From assembly GCA_010356995.1 (NCBI GenBank), contig ML996689.1:293873-357872 (forward strand): 64,000 nt of DNA, written 5' to 3'. This document shows, one piece after another, positions 12,008 to 25,502 of the stretch (position 1 is the first letter of the stretch; the number at the start of each line of letters is the position of its first letter). Both the position numbers and the translations under genes were made by a program. The notes below the pieces were generated by a model. It did no database searches. It had not been told where the DNA came from and was given only the letters and a program-made list of their open reading frames with translations. Source of the DNA: Trichodelitschia bisporula. Its lineage: Eukaryota.

Positions 12008-12627
12008 AACCGGCAAACAGGAGTTGTAGGTCAATGTGAGGTACTGTCAGATGCAATGCAAAGACCCTACTGAAGGGTAAAGAGCTCACTAGCTCAATTA
12101 TCGATGCCATTGGAGTAGAATGGCAAACAGTTCTCCACCACAGCAGATGAGGTTTGCTGAGGGTGAGAAGAGGTCTCTATCGCATGAGAAATGCTGTGCT
12201 GCTCAAGAAAAAGCTCCAATCTTTGGTTTCGGCCCAGCATCTTAAGGTCCGGTCTTCCGGGTACTGTCTACAAGCGCTTTAACGGCAAAGCCTAACGGGC
12301 TCATCGGCTACGCGGAATAGAATTGCCTCTTTCCTCTCAGCAAAAAGGTCGATGGACGAGAGGATGACCGCAAAACTTCCCGCCCCGGCCCGACGCCTCG
12401 ACCGCTCCCCTGTCCGTGCACACTCCGAAAAACCGGCGCACGTGCCTCCCTTGGCACGCCGGCCTATGGAACTTCACAGAACTTCCTGTCCAATTTTTCA
12501 GTGCCACCCTTCATAACATCATCACCTTTCCCTCCACTTCTCTCCACGCCTCCAATCCTCGATTCTCTCCCTGATTCTCCCTTAGTCTCTTTACAGCGTG
12601 TTCTTTTCAGCTCGTCACACATTAATC

Positions 12628-14748
<2,121 letters not shown>

Positions 14749-15702
14749 GCGATTGTCTATACCTGTTTGCACAAAAGCATCTTCTCTTCCGCGATTGTAC
14801 ATGTAAGGTTATAGATGCGGCTTGGTTTGTCACATTTGAGGATTTACGGTTTTGCGACGCCTGGCGCTCTCTAACGGCTGTTTCTGCGGGATTGTGACTT
14901 TAACGGCGATGTGGGGGCGGGTGCATTCTGGGCGGTCAAAGGGCTATGGCAGTTGTACAGTACCGTAGTCTACAAAGACGACGATGATAATGCATGATTC
15001 TCCTCTCTCAAGACAAAAGTATGTGACTCGTTGTATTTTGAACCGCTGAGACTTGCTTGACAGTGAGCAAGTCAAGGCCGCTACTATGGTACAGAGTTCC
15101 GGCTGGTTATAGTGGCATTCAAAGAGGAAATCACTGTTGTTGATAGCTGCACCTGCAAGAGTGCACAGTGTACATGCAGACATGCTGTCCGATTCCATGC
15201 CACGCAGTCGTGACGCACAGTGAAAGTGGAATAGAACGAGTGGACGTCATTCACCGCCGTGGCGCGCCGAGGTCTTCCGTCTCATTTTATTTGCTCACTT
15301 CATTTTCCCTCCCTCCCCCGCTGCGCTGGTCGTCCATGAGCACGTGACATGCCGCCAATGGAGCCAAAGCCTTCGGGCTTCACTCAAGCTCATGCAACTC
15401 ACATCCACCACCGTTGTCTTGCTCTCTCTTTCCAACGCCCCTCCGACTCCCTCTGTCTTCCCACTTTCTCACTCCCTGTTGACATTTTGCTCTCTGCTCT
15501 TGAATCGGTTCCGCTCACACTCATACTTTACCACCCTCCTTGCATCTAGCGCTGTCCCTATAAACGTCACCAGCGGGGTTTTGCATCGGGCGACAAGCGC
15601 TACCCACCCACTTCGGCGCTTGACAGCACACCACACCGCATCCTTTTCTAAACATCCGCGTACACCACAACGGCGCCAACCACGAACTCGAACACTACCA
15701 CC

Positions 15703-17390
15703 ATGCGCTCCGAGTCGCCTGAACCCGCGGCTGGGAGCGAAGTCGCTCGCAAGGACATTCAACGCACCTCCCCTTCCTCGGCGGGTAGTGGCTCCGACAA
15801 CGAAAGCAAACCAGTGCGCCAGAAGCTTGAAGAAACCACGATTGCCGGGCGCAACGCGGGCGATCAAACCCACAAGTCAAATGGCAGCGGCAGTGCTACC
15901 GGCAGCGAGAGCGGAGTTGAGAAGCCTGAACCGGGTCGGTTGCGCAAGAAGCGGTCGATCGATGAAGTAGACGGCAAGGAAGAGGCTGGTCATCCTGAGA
16001 AGCACGTGCGCAAGCGGTCGCGCGACAGTCCTCTCACCGACGACGACGAGGTCATGCAGGCTGGAACACCGGAGCGCGTTGAGACTGGCGAGGTCCCGAA
16101 CGGACTGAAGAGCCCGAAGGGCAAGCGCGGTATCGATGAGGTTCAGGACGGTGAAACTGAGAAGAAGGAAATCAAGCGCCAGAAGGACGTTGCGCAGGAG
16201 TCCAGGAACAAGAATGATAAAGATGAAGAGAACGTCACTACCAACAAAGTACACACATGGCCATCTTCATTTGTTCTAGATACTGACTGCCTTAGATCCC
16301 CCCGAGCTCAGGCTTTGCAAACTCCTCTGCTATCTCTCCCTTTGCCTCTCTGGCATCCACGTCTTCCCCTAAGCCGCAGACATCGGCCTCAGCATTTGCA
16401 GCCTCCGGCTTCGGCGCGTTGGCTAGTTCATCGTCTCCCTTCGGCGCCCTCGCCGGCAAGAAGAGTCCCTCTCCCTTCGGCGGCTTTGGTGGCACCTCCT
16501 CCTTTGGCAAGCCCGCAACGGAAGGAACTTCTACTACCTCGACCTCTGTTTTCGGTGGTGCTCTCGGGAGCAAGTCTGCGTTTTCGACGACTGGCTCTGC
16601 CTTTAGTAGTAGCAGTGGCAGCGCGTTCGGCGGTAGCAGTGGCGGCGCGTTCGGTGGCAGCTTCCTTAGCGCCAAGCTCACGGGCGAGAAACTGTCGACG
16701 TTTGGATCAGGCGACAAGATTGAAGGGCTCAGCAGCAAGCCCGCGAAGCCGTTTGGCGCTGCTGAGGATGAATCGGAGGAGGAGGAGACCGACGATGATG
16801 AGGCAAAGGAGGCCGAGGAGGAATCCAAGAAAGAAGAACCTAAGAAAGCGGTCGAGGATGGGAAGCGTGATAAGCGCTTTGTTGAGCAGCACAGTAATCT
16901 CCTCTCTTCTCGTAGCTTTGCTGGAACGCTAACCGTTGGAGTTGAGACGGGTGAGGAGGGCGAGGAGACGCTCTTCACAGCGCGCGCTCGCCTGTACAGC
17001 TTTATCGACCGCGAATGGAAGGAGCGCGGCGCTGGCATGATGAAACTGAACACCCGGGAGGTGGTAGTTGAAGACGACAAGGTCGATGAAGCCACTCCTC
17101 GCAAAGTCGTCAAGGCTCGCTTCGTCATGCGCGCCGAGGGTAGCCACCGCCTCATCCTCAACTCGCAGATCATTCCCGAAACGAACTATGGCGAAACGAC
17201 TGGTGCGAAGCCGAAGGGTGGGACGGGGAGCTTCCTGGGCACGTTGGAGGGTCCGCGGCTGCAGCCGCTTCTCTTCCGGGTATGTCCTTTGGTTTATCAT
17301 TTTTGAGCGAGAAACTAATGTTTGCAGATGCGGCCTGAGATGAACGCTAAACTCTGGGAGGTCTTTCAAGAGGTTAAGAAGGAATTGTAG
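15703..17390 (+). CDS. RanBD1-domain FG nucleoporin-like protein (Yrb2/Nup2/Nup56-like); introns about 16249-16296, 16894-16941 and 17280-17327
   Basis: Basic NLS-like clusters, FG/FGG repeats, then ETGEEGEETLFTARARLY..WKERGAG.MKLN..ARFVMRAEGSHRLILN (Ran-binding domain). Confidence 0.85.
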
Positions 17391-17800
17391 GGCTGCTGCT
17401 AGGTTTCGGTCACGATTCGTGTTTGATGCGCACGCCTTATGATATCCTCTCTGCCTTTAGCCTGATGATAGGTCTATGACTATGGTGGACTTTTCGAGTT
17501 GGTGTTGTTCGACGATGGTTGCTTGTGGACATACGCCGCATTGTTTTTGACCAAACGGCGGACGGCGGACGACGACGCACAATACTTGCTTATATATAGC
17601 GAGGCGGGGCGGATTGGATGGTCGGTTCTTGATGTTTTACGGAGCACAGAAGCGGTCGAGATAGATAGATGCATGGGGATCATGGGATGAGGGGTGATTC
17701 AGATAGGGGTACAACTGTGTTTATTTGTTTGCGGGAGTGGCTGCTTTCTTGGTATGGCGGTATGGCAACGTGTTATGCGGATAGAGAAAATGGACCTTAT

Positions 17801-17830
17801 GAGATGACAGAGAGATGACAGAGAGATGAT
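17801..17830 (+). repeat. 12 bp tandem repeat x2.5
   Basis: (GAGATGACAGA[G])-type unit: gagatgacagagagatgacagagagatgat. Confidence 0.6.
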
Positions 17831-19163
17831 GAGGTGCGTGTCATCCTTTGCAAAATAGAGAGTTGTGTATGCGTTTGTGGAGTGATATGAGAACTTGTGG
17901 TGTGCTGTTTTGCAACTGTAGTGATGTCCCCAATGTTGCGGGCTATGGTTGACCTGGAGAATTAACTACATCATGGATTACAAGTCTCGATGCGGTGATA
18001 TGAGAACAGATCACTGTACTCGGACTTGTAAAGGGTGGGTTTTCTCTACAAGGCTTAGTTAACTACGTCGGGAAACGTGGTCGCGATTTCATCCACACTC
18101 TTCTTGGGCCGACGAATCTTGGGTGTACATTTTGGACACGATTGGGGGATTACGTAGATTTCGATCAGAGAGGTGTCTAGGGGTTTGTATTTGAGATGTC
18201 CAATGGTCCGACGGCTGGATTATGTTCGATGCATTGAGGTTTTTGAAGGCGTCATCCGTTTCCTCAGCGTTCATGTGCAAGGCGTTGGATAAGCCCCAAG
18301 TGAATGAACAGCATTGGTGCGGAGGAATGCGAGGCTCTCAAGAACATTGAACGAAGTAAGTAGATATACTCTCAGCTGTTTGGCACTGGTCTTTTTTTGG
18401 TTACCGCTACTCTCTGAAAAGTGTTACTTCTTTCAGAGGCCACGGCAAATCTTCTCGGCTAGCAGGATAAATATCTCTTGAAGGCAGCACTCAACACGTT
18501 TGAGAAGACGAGGAAGAAAGGGAAGCGGAATTTAGTAGGCGGGGTCAGACTCCTCATTTTATCATTCTACGATCATCCAGTTTTGCAAAAAGTATGCTGA
18601 AGTCATTTCATTTACTATGGGTCGTGATCATTTCCCAGTTTGGAAGGTCTTGGCAGCCTAGACCGTCTCAGCCTTGCGAGAACGTGGCTCCCATGTCTTC
18701 GGCACACGATGTAGCAGCGCCAGTGTGGTATTTTGAGGTGTGGTTGCTTCAATTTGGAAATGCATGTGGGGGATGTCACTTTTAGCAAAATGCAAGTTTA
18801 ATGAGTCCCTGTCGACAGTGGAGCTTCTGGGCTGAACTTTGCGGGCTTGCGGGGAAGGCGGAGGTGGTGGGCAATGGGCAATCCAAGAGCGGTATCAGGG
18901 GCACGCAGTGATGTGGGAAAGTGAGTTGCAGACTTATATTTGGGAACTGTGGTTCTGGTATCAAAGCCATAAGGGCATTGCAAACATAACCCCCAATGAC
19001 AAAGTGAGTATCCTACAGTCCAGGACACTCTAGAACTAGGAATCTCATGAGCGCATGCCATTATCCATCGTTACCATCAATCATTGCCATTCATCATTGC
19101 CATCCATCAGATTCAAACATTTTGTTGATCAATCGTAACAATCATCCTCCATTTCCCATCCAT

Positions 19164-19340
19164 CTACTTGCCGCGGGTGGAGGTGGGCTTCTGATTCTCT
19201 TTGTTGGAATCTTGAACCTTGGCCAGCTCCGTCCACTTGCCGCGGGTCGAAGTCGGGTTGTGGTTCTCCTTTTTGGGGTCATGAATCTTAGCCACCTCGG
19301 TCCATTTGCCGCAGCTTGAGGTCGGCTTCTGGTTTTCATC
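19164..19340 (-). repeat. 69 bp (23 aa) coding tandem repeat x2.5
   Basis: ENQKPTSSCGKWTEVAKIHDPKK / ENHNPTSTRGKWTELAKVQDSNK / ENQKPTSTRGK*. Confidence 0.85.
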
Positions 19341-22300
19341 GTTTCTGTCGTGCTTCAAAATCATCGCTGTGGTGGCGGAAGGCTGAACTACATTGGTCTC
19401 TTGCATGGGAGCACGAGCTTTCGTCTTTGGCGCAGTGGTATTCGGAGTTGGGATGTTCTTTCCAGGCTGAGAAACGTTGGATTTGCTGACCGAGGCGGAG
19501 GTGGCGGTGTTGGGAGCAGTCTTTGAAGAAGGGAGCCCAAACCACTCTGGGTATGCCGCAACGATCTCCGCTGCGCACGCGGTGGAACTAAGCCCGTCGA
19601 CATGCATTTTCTTCAGAACGGGAGGAGCAGCGCTCTGTCGAGTAGAGGGTTTGGTCGCAGGTGGAATGACGGTTGGCTGCTCAACCGGAGCAGAAATGGC
19701 AGTTTGCGGAGGAGGAATCTGCGGTGAAGTAATCTTTGGGACCGAGGATTCTTTGTCGCCAGCCTGAAGCATCTTTGGCTTTTCGAGCGAGGCGGAGGTG
19801 CTAGACTTAAGTGGAGTCTTGGTGGGCTGCGGAGAGCCAAAGAAGCTTGGGTAAGCTGCGGCGATTTCATCCAAGCTGGCATTGAGGCAGTCGATGTGCT
19901 TCTTCTGCGAGGTAGGTGGAGAGTCCTTCTTCGAAGAGGAAGTCTTGCTGTGAACTGGAGCAATGTTGACTTTCGCAATCGAAGCTGTGGTGGCAGACTC
20001 TGGAAGTGACATCTCAGAATTCGAATGGTTATTCCCACTCAGCTGAGAATCGCTCAGCCTTTTGATGGGAATGGGAACAGCGTCGTTCTTTTCCGAGGCC
20101 GTGGGAATCGAGGCTGATGCCGTGGTGAGAGGGACATCCTTGGTCGTTTCGACTAGAGCGGGTGCGTCTTTCTTCGGAGGAGTGTCCTGGATGCCATGGG
20201 CGATAAACTCCTCAGTCTGGATAACGCGGCGCGGGCACCCAGGCATGCGGCTCGATGTCGTCTTGTGGGCATACTTGACAGGTGCGATCTCGACAGGCTG
20301 AATCTTGGCATCACCGGGCTTGACCCATACGATGTGGCCATCTGCAGTGTCGACAGGCTTCCCATAAAGTTGCTCCCTACGTTTTTGAGAAGCGATAGCG
20401 CCCGCGACTTTGTCAATTGCAAGTTGCTTTGGAAGCGTCTCTGTGGCATCAAGCCACGCTTGAAGCTCAGGGGAGGACTCGACGTCCGTCGGTGGCTTGC
20501 GGACGCGCGTAGCGCGGTTCGTCTTGTTGTAGGGGGCGCGGAATGCCGAATTGCGAGGAGCAGACCTAGGAGCCGGGGCACGGAATGCTGAATTGTGCGG
20601 AGCAGGCCTAGGAGCTGGGTTGGATGAGGATTTGGCGTGCGCATAGCTGATGTTGGTGACACTCGTCTTGATCGTGCCAACAGGCTTGGGAGGCAAATTG
20701 GGGGCGGATTTAGCTTGAGAATCTTCACTCTCAGTGACACTCGCATCGGAGATATCAGCTGGCTTGGGGGCCGTGCTGGGAGAGGATTTGGCTTGAGAAT
20801 CGCCCATCTCGTTGGCACTCGTATTGACGGTATCAGAAGGCTTGGGAGCCGTGTTAGAAGAGGATTCGGCTTGAGAATTGTCGATCTCAGCGACAATCGT
20901 CTTCGAGGTACCAGGAAGCTCGGGAACCGGGTTGACAGAGGGTTGAGTATGTGAGTCGCCGATTTTGGGGACGCTGGTCTTGGAGGCATCAGCAGCCGGG
21001 TTGGTGCCAGATTTGGCGCAAGCATCACCGATCTTGTTAGGACTCGCCGCGAGGCTACCAGCAGGCTTGAAAGCCGGATTGGTAGAGGGTATAATATGAG
21101 AACTGCCAATCTTGGGGACACTTGTCTTCAGGGTGCCAGCAGGCTTCTTGACAGAGGCGGGAGCCAGCGCCAAAGTGTGGGGAGGTGTCCAGATCTCGGC
21201 ATCCGGCCCATGAACTTCCCAGACGCGCTCCACATAAGCTTGAAAGCTCGCGATTGTGTTGACTCGGCTCTGCTCTGCAAAAGTCTTTCTGACTTTCTTC
21301 CAATCCTCAAGGTTGCAGACTGCACCGGGAACAGTTTCCTGCTCGTTATCGGTAGCGCACAAAGGAGTCTCATCCTGAATCCCCTTGGGGGCATCGGAGG
21401 CTTCCGCCTTTATTGCCGGCTGGTCGATGACTGCCGTGGGAGCTACAGTATTCTTTCCTGAAGCAGAAGATGGGGAGATTGCTTTAGCTTCGTTTGGATT
21501 GATGGCAGCAACCTGCTTGAGAGAATCGGAGGCCTTATCCTCGTCAGACTTGATGTAAGTGATGATGAACTCCTCGGTCTTTACGACAGTGCGGCTACGC
21601 CCAGACAACTTGCTAGACGTCGTCTTGTGGATCTGCTTGATCTCTATAGTCTTGTGCCGAATCTGCTCTGGAGCCGGGGTTGAAGAGGATTTGATGCACG
21701 CATCGCCAATCTCGGTGGCAGTCGTGTTGGAGGGACCAACTGGCTTCTGAACAGAAGCAGGCTCCGACAATGAAGGGTCGGGAGATGTGGTGATTTTCGT
21801 CGATTTGAAGATATGACGTAAAGGCTCCTTAGGAGCAGCGGTCTGTGTGGCAGGAGCGAAGACACTCGGGAACAACTTGCAAAGCTCATCGGCATTCAGC
21901 TCAAGAGTAGACACCGCCTTAGTAGAAGAAGGAGGAGTCGGAGCAGTGCTCATGTCAGATGTAGGAGTGGCCTTGGAGGCTGAAGCAATGTCCATCTCCA
22001 TGGTGGCGGGGGACTGAGTCTCTGCAGGCGCCATCTTTTCTTGCTCATCCGAGGCTTGAGGCTTTGAAATCGGTTCACCGTCGTCGGCGTTAGCATCCGA
22101 GGGCGAGTCGTCAATGACTTCAGGGATGTATGGCTCCGCAAAGTAATGAGCGAAGTCGCCAGTGCAGAAGTTGGCATCGCGGATGGCGCGCGGAATGGCC
22201 GGCTTTGTGGACTCCTTTGATGGGTGGAAAACCGGGGCCTTGGGGCACAGAGGCGGAGATGGGGGATCAGAGCCGGCCGCATTTGGGTTGACAATGGGTA

Positions 22301-23132
22301 TGGCATGACTAACCCGCTTGCGCACCACGGGCGCAATCTTCGGGAGATCCAACATAAATGTGACGCTCTCATCATCATCGCTCTCCTCGGACTTGGTCTC
22401 CGTGGTGTCGTATCCGCAGCACTTGAGCCACTCCTGCTGGAGCTTTGTCGCATTCTCCTGAGCGCAGAAGCCGCTCATTTTGAGCTCATTGTCGACCAGC
22501 TTCTCCATAAGCTTCTCCAACTTCTTCCAGCGGGGGAGGAAGAGACGACGAGGGACGAACCCGCTCTCCAAGTCCTCGGGGAAGACAACCGCATCCGGGT
22601 GCTCGAAGTGGAACACCCGGGCCGCTTGAAGGAAGTCAAAGCCCCACTCCTTGATGTAGTTGATGGCGGCCTCGTCGCTGAGACCAGAGAACTTCTTGAA
22701 TAAAGAAGTCTCCACGGCGTCGAGCCAATGGTCCCGAGAGACTTTGGCCGTCTGGCTCAGCAGGAACCACTGTTCCGCCTCTGCGATGCCCATGCTGCCG
22801 TTGGCAAACATAAACGTCTCCAGGCTATTTAGCCGCGAGGCATGCGCCATCCACACGGTTTGATCATGATCGGTCAGCTTGATGCTGACCTTCTCGAGAT
22901 CACAGCGACGAAGCCAAGCTTCATCGCCGATAACGGCGATCAGGCGAGCCTGCTGGTCCTTCCAGCGACGATTCTGGACGAGCAGAGCCGCTGCGTCTTC
23001 TGACCCGCAGGTACAGGCCACGCATTGCTGGATGAGATCCATGTTGGTCTCACCCGTGAGCAGCTGTACCTGCATGGCAGCCAGGTACGACAACGGCTCC
23101 CCGTTGAAATCCATAATGATGGACGAAGACAT
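19164..23132 (-). CDS. Intronless 1322-aa orphan: possible UBA-like N-terminus plus S/T/P/A/K-rich internal repeats
   Basis: 3.97 kb open frame; pyrimidine tract on the coding strand at about 23325-23365 upstream, typical of fungal transcription start regions; no recognisable family overall. Confidence 0.7.
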   Translation of the reverse strand: MSSSIIMDFNGEPLSYLAAMQVQLLTGETNMDLIQQCVACTCGSEDAAALLVQNRRWKDQQARLIAVIGDEAWLRRCDLEKVSIKLTDHDQTVWMAHASRLNSLETFMFANGSMGIAEAEQWFLLSQTAKVSRDHWLDAVETSLFKKFSGLSDEAAINYIKEWGFDFLQAARVFHFEHPDAVVFPEDLESGFVPRRLFLPRWKKLEKLMEKLVDNELKMSGFCAQENATKLQQEWLKCCGYDTTETKSEESDDDESVTFMLDLPKIAPVVRKRVSHAIPIVNPNAAGSDPPSPPLCPKAPVFHPSKESTKPAIPRAIRDANFCTGDFAHYFAEPYIPEVIDDSPSDANADDGEPISKPQASDEQEKMAPAETQSPATMEMDIASASKATPTSDMSTAPTPPSSTKAVSTLELNADELCKLFPSVFAPATQTAAPKEPLRHIFKSTKITTSPDPSLSEPASVQKPVGPSNTTATEIGDACIKSSSTPAPEQIRHKTIEIKQIHKTTSSKLSGRSRTVVKTEEFIITYIKSDEDKASDSLKQVAAINPNEAKAISPSSASGKNTVAPTAVIDQPAIKAEASDAPKGIQDETPLCATDNEQETVPGAVCNLEDWKKVRKTFAEQSRVNTIASFQAYVERVWEVHGPDAEIWTPPHTLALAPASVKKPAGTLKTSVPKIGSSHIIPSTNPAFKPAGSLAASPNKIGDACAKSGTNPAADASKTSVPKIGDSHTQPSVNPVPELPGTSKTIVAEIDNSQAESSSNTAPKPSDTVNTSANEMGDSQAKSSPSTAPKPADISDASVTESEDSQAKSAPNLPPKPVGTIKTSVTNISYAHAKSSSNPAPRPAPHNSAFRAPAPRSAPRNSAFRAPYNKTNRATRVRKPPTDVESSPELQAWLDATETLPKQLAIDKVAGAIASQKRREQLYGKPVDTADGHIVWVKPGDAKIQPVEIAPVKYAHKTTSSRMPGCPRRVIQTEEFIAHGIQDTPPKKDAPALVETTKDVPLTTASASIPTASEKNDAVPIPIKRLSDSQLSGNNHSNSEMSLPESATTASIAKVNIAPVHSKTSSSKKDSPPTSQKKHIDCLNASLDEIAAAYPSFFGSPQPTKTPLKSSTSASLEKPKMLQAGDKESSVPKITSPQIPPPQTAISAPVEQPTVIPPATKPSTRQSAAPPVLKKMHVDGLSSTACAAEIVAAYPEWFGLPSSKTAPNTATSASVSKSNVSQPGKNIPTPNTTAPKTKARAPMQETNVVQPSATTAMILKHDRNDENQKPTSSCGKWTEVAKIHDPKKENHNPTSTRGKWTELAKVQDSNKENQKPTSTRGK
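20600..21130 (-). repeat. ~78 bp (26 aa) degenerate coding tandem repeat, about 7 units
   Basis: KTSVPKIGSSHIIPSTNPAFKPAGSL / KTSVPKIGDSHTQPSVNPVPELPGTS / KTIVAEIDNSQAESSSNTAPKPSDTV / NTSANEMGDSQAKSSPSTAPKPADIS etc. Confidence 0.8.
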
Positions 23133-23923
23133 TTCTCTGTTGACGGTCAGTGTAAAGCTGGAGATGTTGAAAAGCGTTACTTACTCAATGAGAAGAAAGA
23201 GATACTGGTAATGGGGGGGAGAGAATTTGATGGTTTGTGATTGAGGTTGTTGGAAACAGTAAGAACTGAGAATGTGGTGGTTGCGGTGAACAAAAACAAT
23301 CTCTGTGAATACTGAGGATGTGGTGGAGAGGAAGAGGAAGAAGAAGAAGAGAAAGAGGAAGAAGTGAAAGGGGTTGTCATTCACTGAGGCCCGTCGCCAA
23401 GGACTGAGCTCCTCTAGCAATCACTTCCGGAAGGTACTTGCACGCAGGCAGTTGCTCCTTCCTCCACTGTGAGCCGTTGCTCGGGCGATTGATCTTCCCA
23501 TTGTGTCCGGATTAAACTCCTGACAGTTAGCAAAAACAATGGAGGAACCAATAGCCGAAGACTGAGTGCTTCATGGAGCCAAGCCAGCAAGATCCTCAAG
23601 CAATTACTTCTGGAAGGCTCTTTAACGCATGCTGATTGTTCTTTCCTCCCGTGTGAGCCCATTTCTTGGGCGGTTGATCTTCCTATTGTGATCTGATCAT
23701 TGTTGCGACACTTGCCGATATCACCGAGTCTGGATTCCACGGTGAGGAGAACACTGCGGCGAAGACATGAGTTCAAGCTGATGATAGTATATCCTAATTG
23801 CATAATCAACTTCTCCAACGGCAGGTTTGGGAGGAGACATAATGGCGTTATGTACCATTTCCATCATCTATTACCGCTTTCGGCATCCCTGTCACAATGA
23901 GACGTCGTCAAATGCATCTCGGT

Positions 23924-23952
23924 GCCTTGACGCCTTGACGCCTTGACACCTT
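23924..23952 (+). repeat. 8 bp tandem repeat (GCCTTGAC) x3.5
   Basis: gccttgacgccttgacgccttgacacctt. Confidence 0.7.
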
Positions 23953-24114
23953 ATTGCCCCTGACGCCTCGATACCTCAGCATTAATTCGACACCAACACC
24001 AACACAATCGCGTTTCATCTCAGCTTTGCGGAAACGGCCACGATTCTCCATTTCACTACTTCACGTCGCCTTGCATGCAAAAGACTGTGAGAGTCACAGC
24101 GGTCAGGCTTCGTA

Positions 24115-25382
24115 ATGTCTAAAGGTTGTTCCGCCGTTCGCCTCATAATCGTTGCTGCCTCGCTCCTCAGTCATGTGCTCTGCCTCAACATCATCCTGAA
24201 CAATGATGACGGCTTTACTTCAGTTCACATCCGCGAGGTGAGTACTTTGGATCGTAACAGAATTAATTTAACACTTGCCCAGCTCTATCGTGCTCTGAAT
24301 GCTGCCGGCCATAATGGTACTGAATACCGTCTCACTACCCTCCATCCCTAACCTCGCTAGCCTGGATCGCAGCTCCAGCATACGACCAGTCTGGCCGCGG
24401 AGGCACTCTCTCTTTCACCAGCAAAGCCAATCTGACCTCCGCCAGCGATGCGGACGTCATACCCAAAGGTGCCGCATCCTACGGCCACGATCCCTCTGAC
24501 CCCAAGATTTGGTACTACGACGGCACCCCCGTGACATGCACCCTGTTTGCACTGGACTACCTCGCCCCCACGCATATGGGCATTGCAGCCCCGGATCTTG
24601 TCATTACCGGCCCCAACTTTGGCACCAACCCTGGCCCCTTCATGTACACCATGTCCGGCACCATGGGCGCCGCGTACTCGGCCATCGGCCGCGGCGTGCC
24701 TGCCCTGGCGCTCAGCGCCGACTCTTACGGCCCCGGGCGCAACTTCAAGGGTCTGGTTGCGCACACCCAGAGCGGGTGGCCTGATCCTGCGACTATCATC
24801 GCGAATCTTTCAACCACGCTTGTGAACCAGCTTGCTGCTGGTTCCAAGCCGCTCCTCCCGCCTGGGTATGGCCTCACGGTTAACTATCCGAAGGTCACCA
24901 GCCTCAAAGATACGGGCTGCCTTTATCCACCTTTTATTCGCACGCGTCTCACTGGTGGCGCACCGATCCAAAAGGCGATCTTCGATCCCAAGACTGGGCT
25001 CTTCAGGGGTGCCGACACCATACCTGCAACCGGAGTTGGTGTGAACACTTGCAACGTGGGCAACTGCACCTTACCAGGTGAAACCAACGTGGTCAACAAC
25101 GGGCAATGCCAAACCAGCGTGTCAGTCTTCGTAGTCGATTACGATGCGCCGGACAACCCAGCGACGCAGGGCGTGGATTCGCGACTGGGGAACCTGGTTA
25201 CTGGGGAGAATGAGGCGCGCAACTACAGCGCGGCGTCAGTAGGCGCGCCGCCGGAGCAGCCAGCGGTGTCGGCAGCAGCAAGTACGACGCCTCCAGCTGT
25301 CAAGTCCGGAGCCGGGACAAATCTGCCCCAGCACTTGAGGGTGCTTGCTGCTGTTGGCAGTGTTCTTGGTGTTTTGCATTGA
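24115..25382 (+). CDS. Secreted SurE-family phosphatase/nucleotidase with GPI-like C-terminus; introns about 24238-24281 and 24316-24360
   Basis: Signal peptide then LNIILNNDDG, APAYDQSGRG, YYDGTPVTC, PDLVITGPNFGTN, SGTMGAA; S/T/A/P tail and hydrophobic C-terminus. Confidence 0.9.
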
Positions 25383-25502
25383 AGTTTTATGGTGCGGAGT
25401 GGTATTTACTGGTAACATTTGAATTGCATGTATGGAGTTTAGGAGAAAGGGAATCATGTAGGGCTTGAGAGATGCCCTTCTTACTTGATATACGAAGTAT
25501 AT

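Noticed and set aside
12466..12490. GAACTTC repeats upstream of ssc1 as a heat-shock element
   Set aside because: Spacing (GAA-n-TTC-nnn-GAA) does not fit the canonical nGAAnnTTCn phase
17880..18010. 13 bp direct repeat GTGATATGAGAAC about 113 bp apart, as snoRNA C boxes or a target-site duplication
   Set aside because: Not a canonical RTGATGA box; no matching D boxes or terminal inverted repeats seen
17400..24100. Lower-GC pocket as a transposon or Starship insertion
   Set aside because: No transposase, reverse transcriptase or tyrosine-recombinase motifs and no terminal repeats detected
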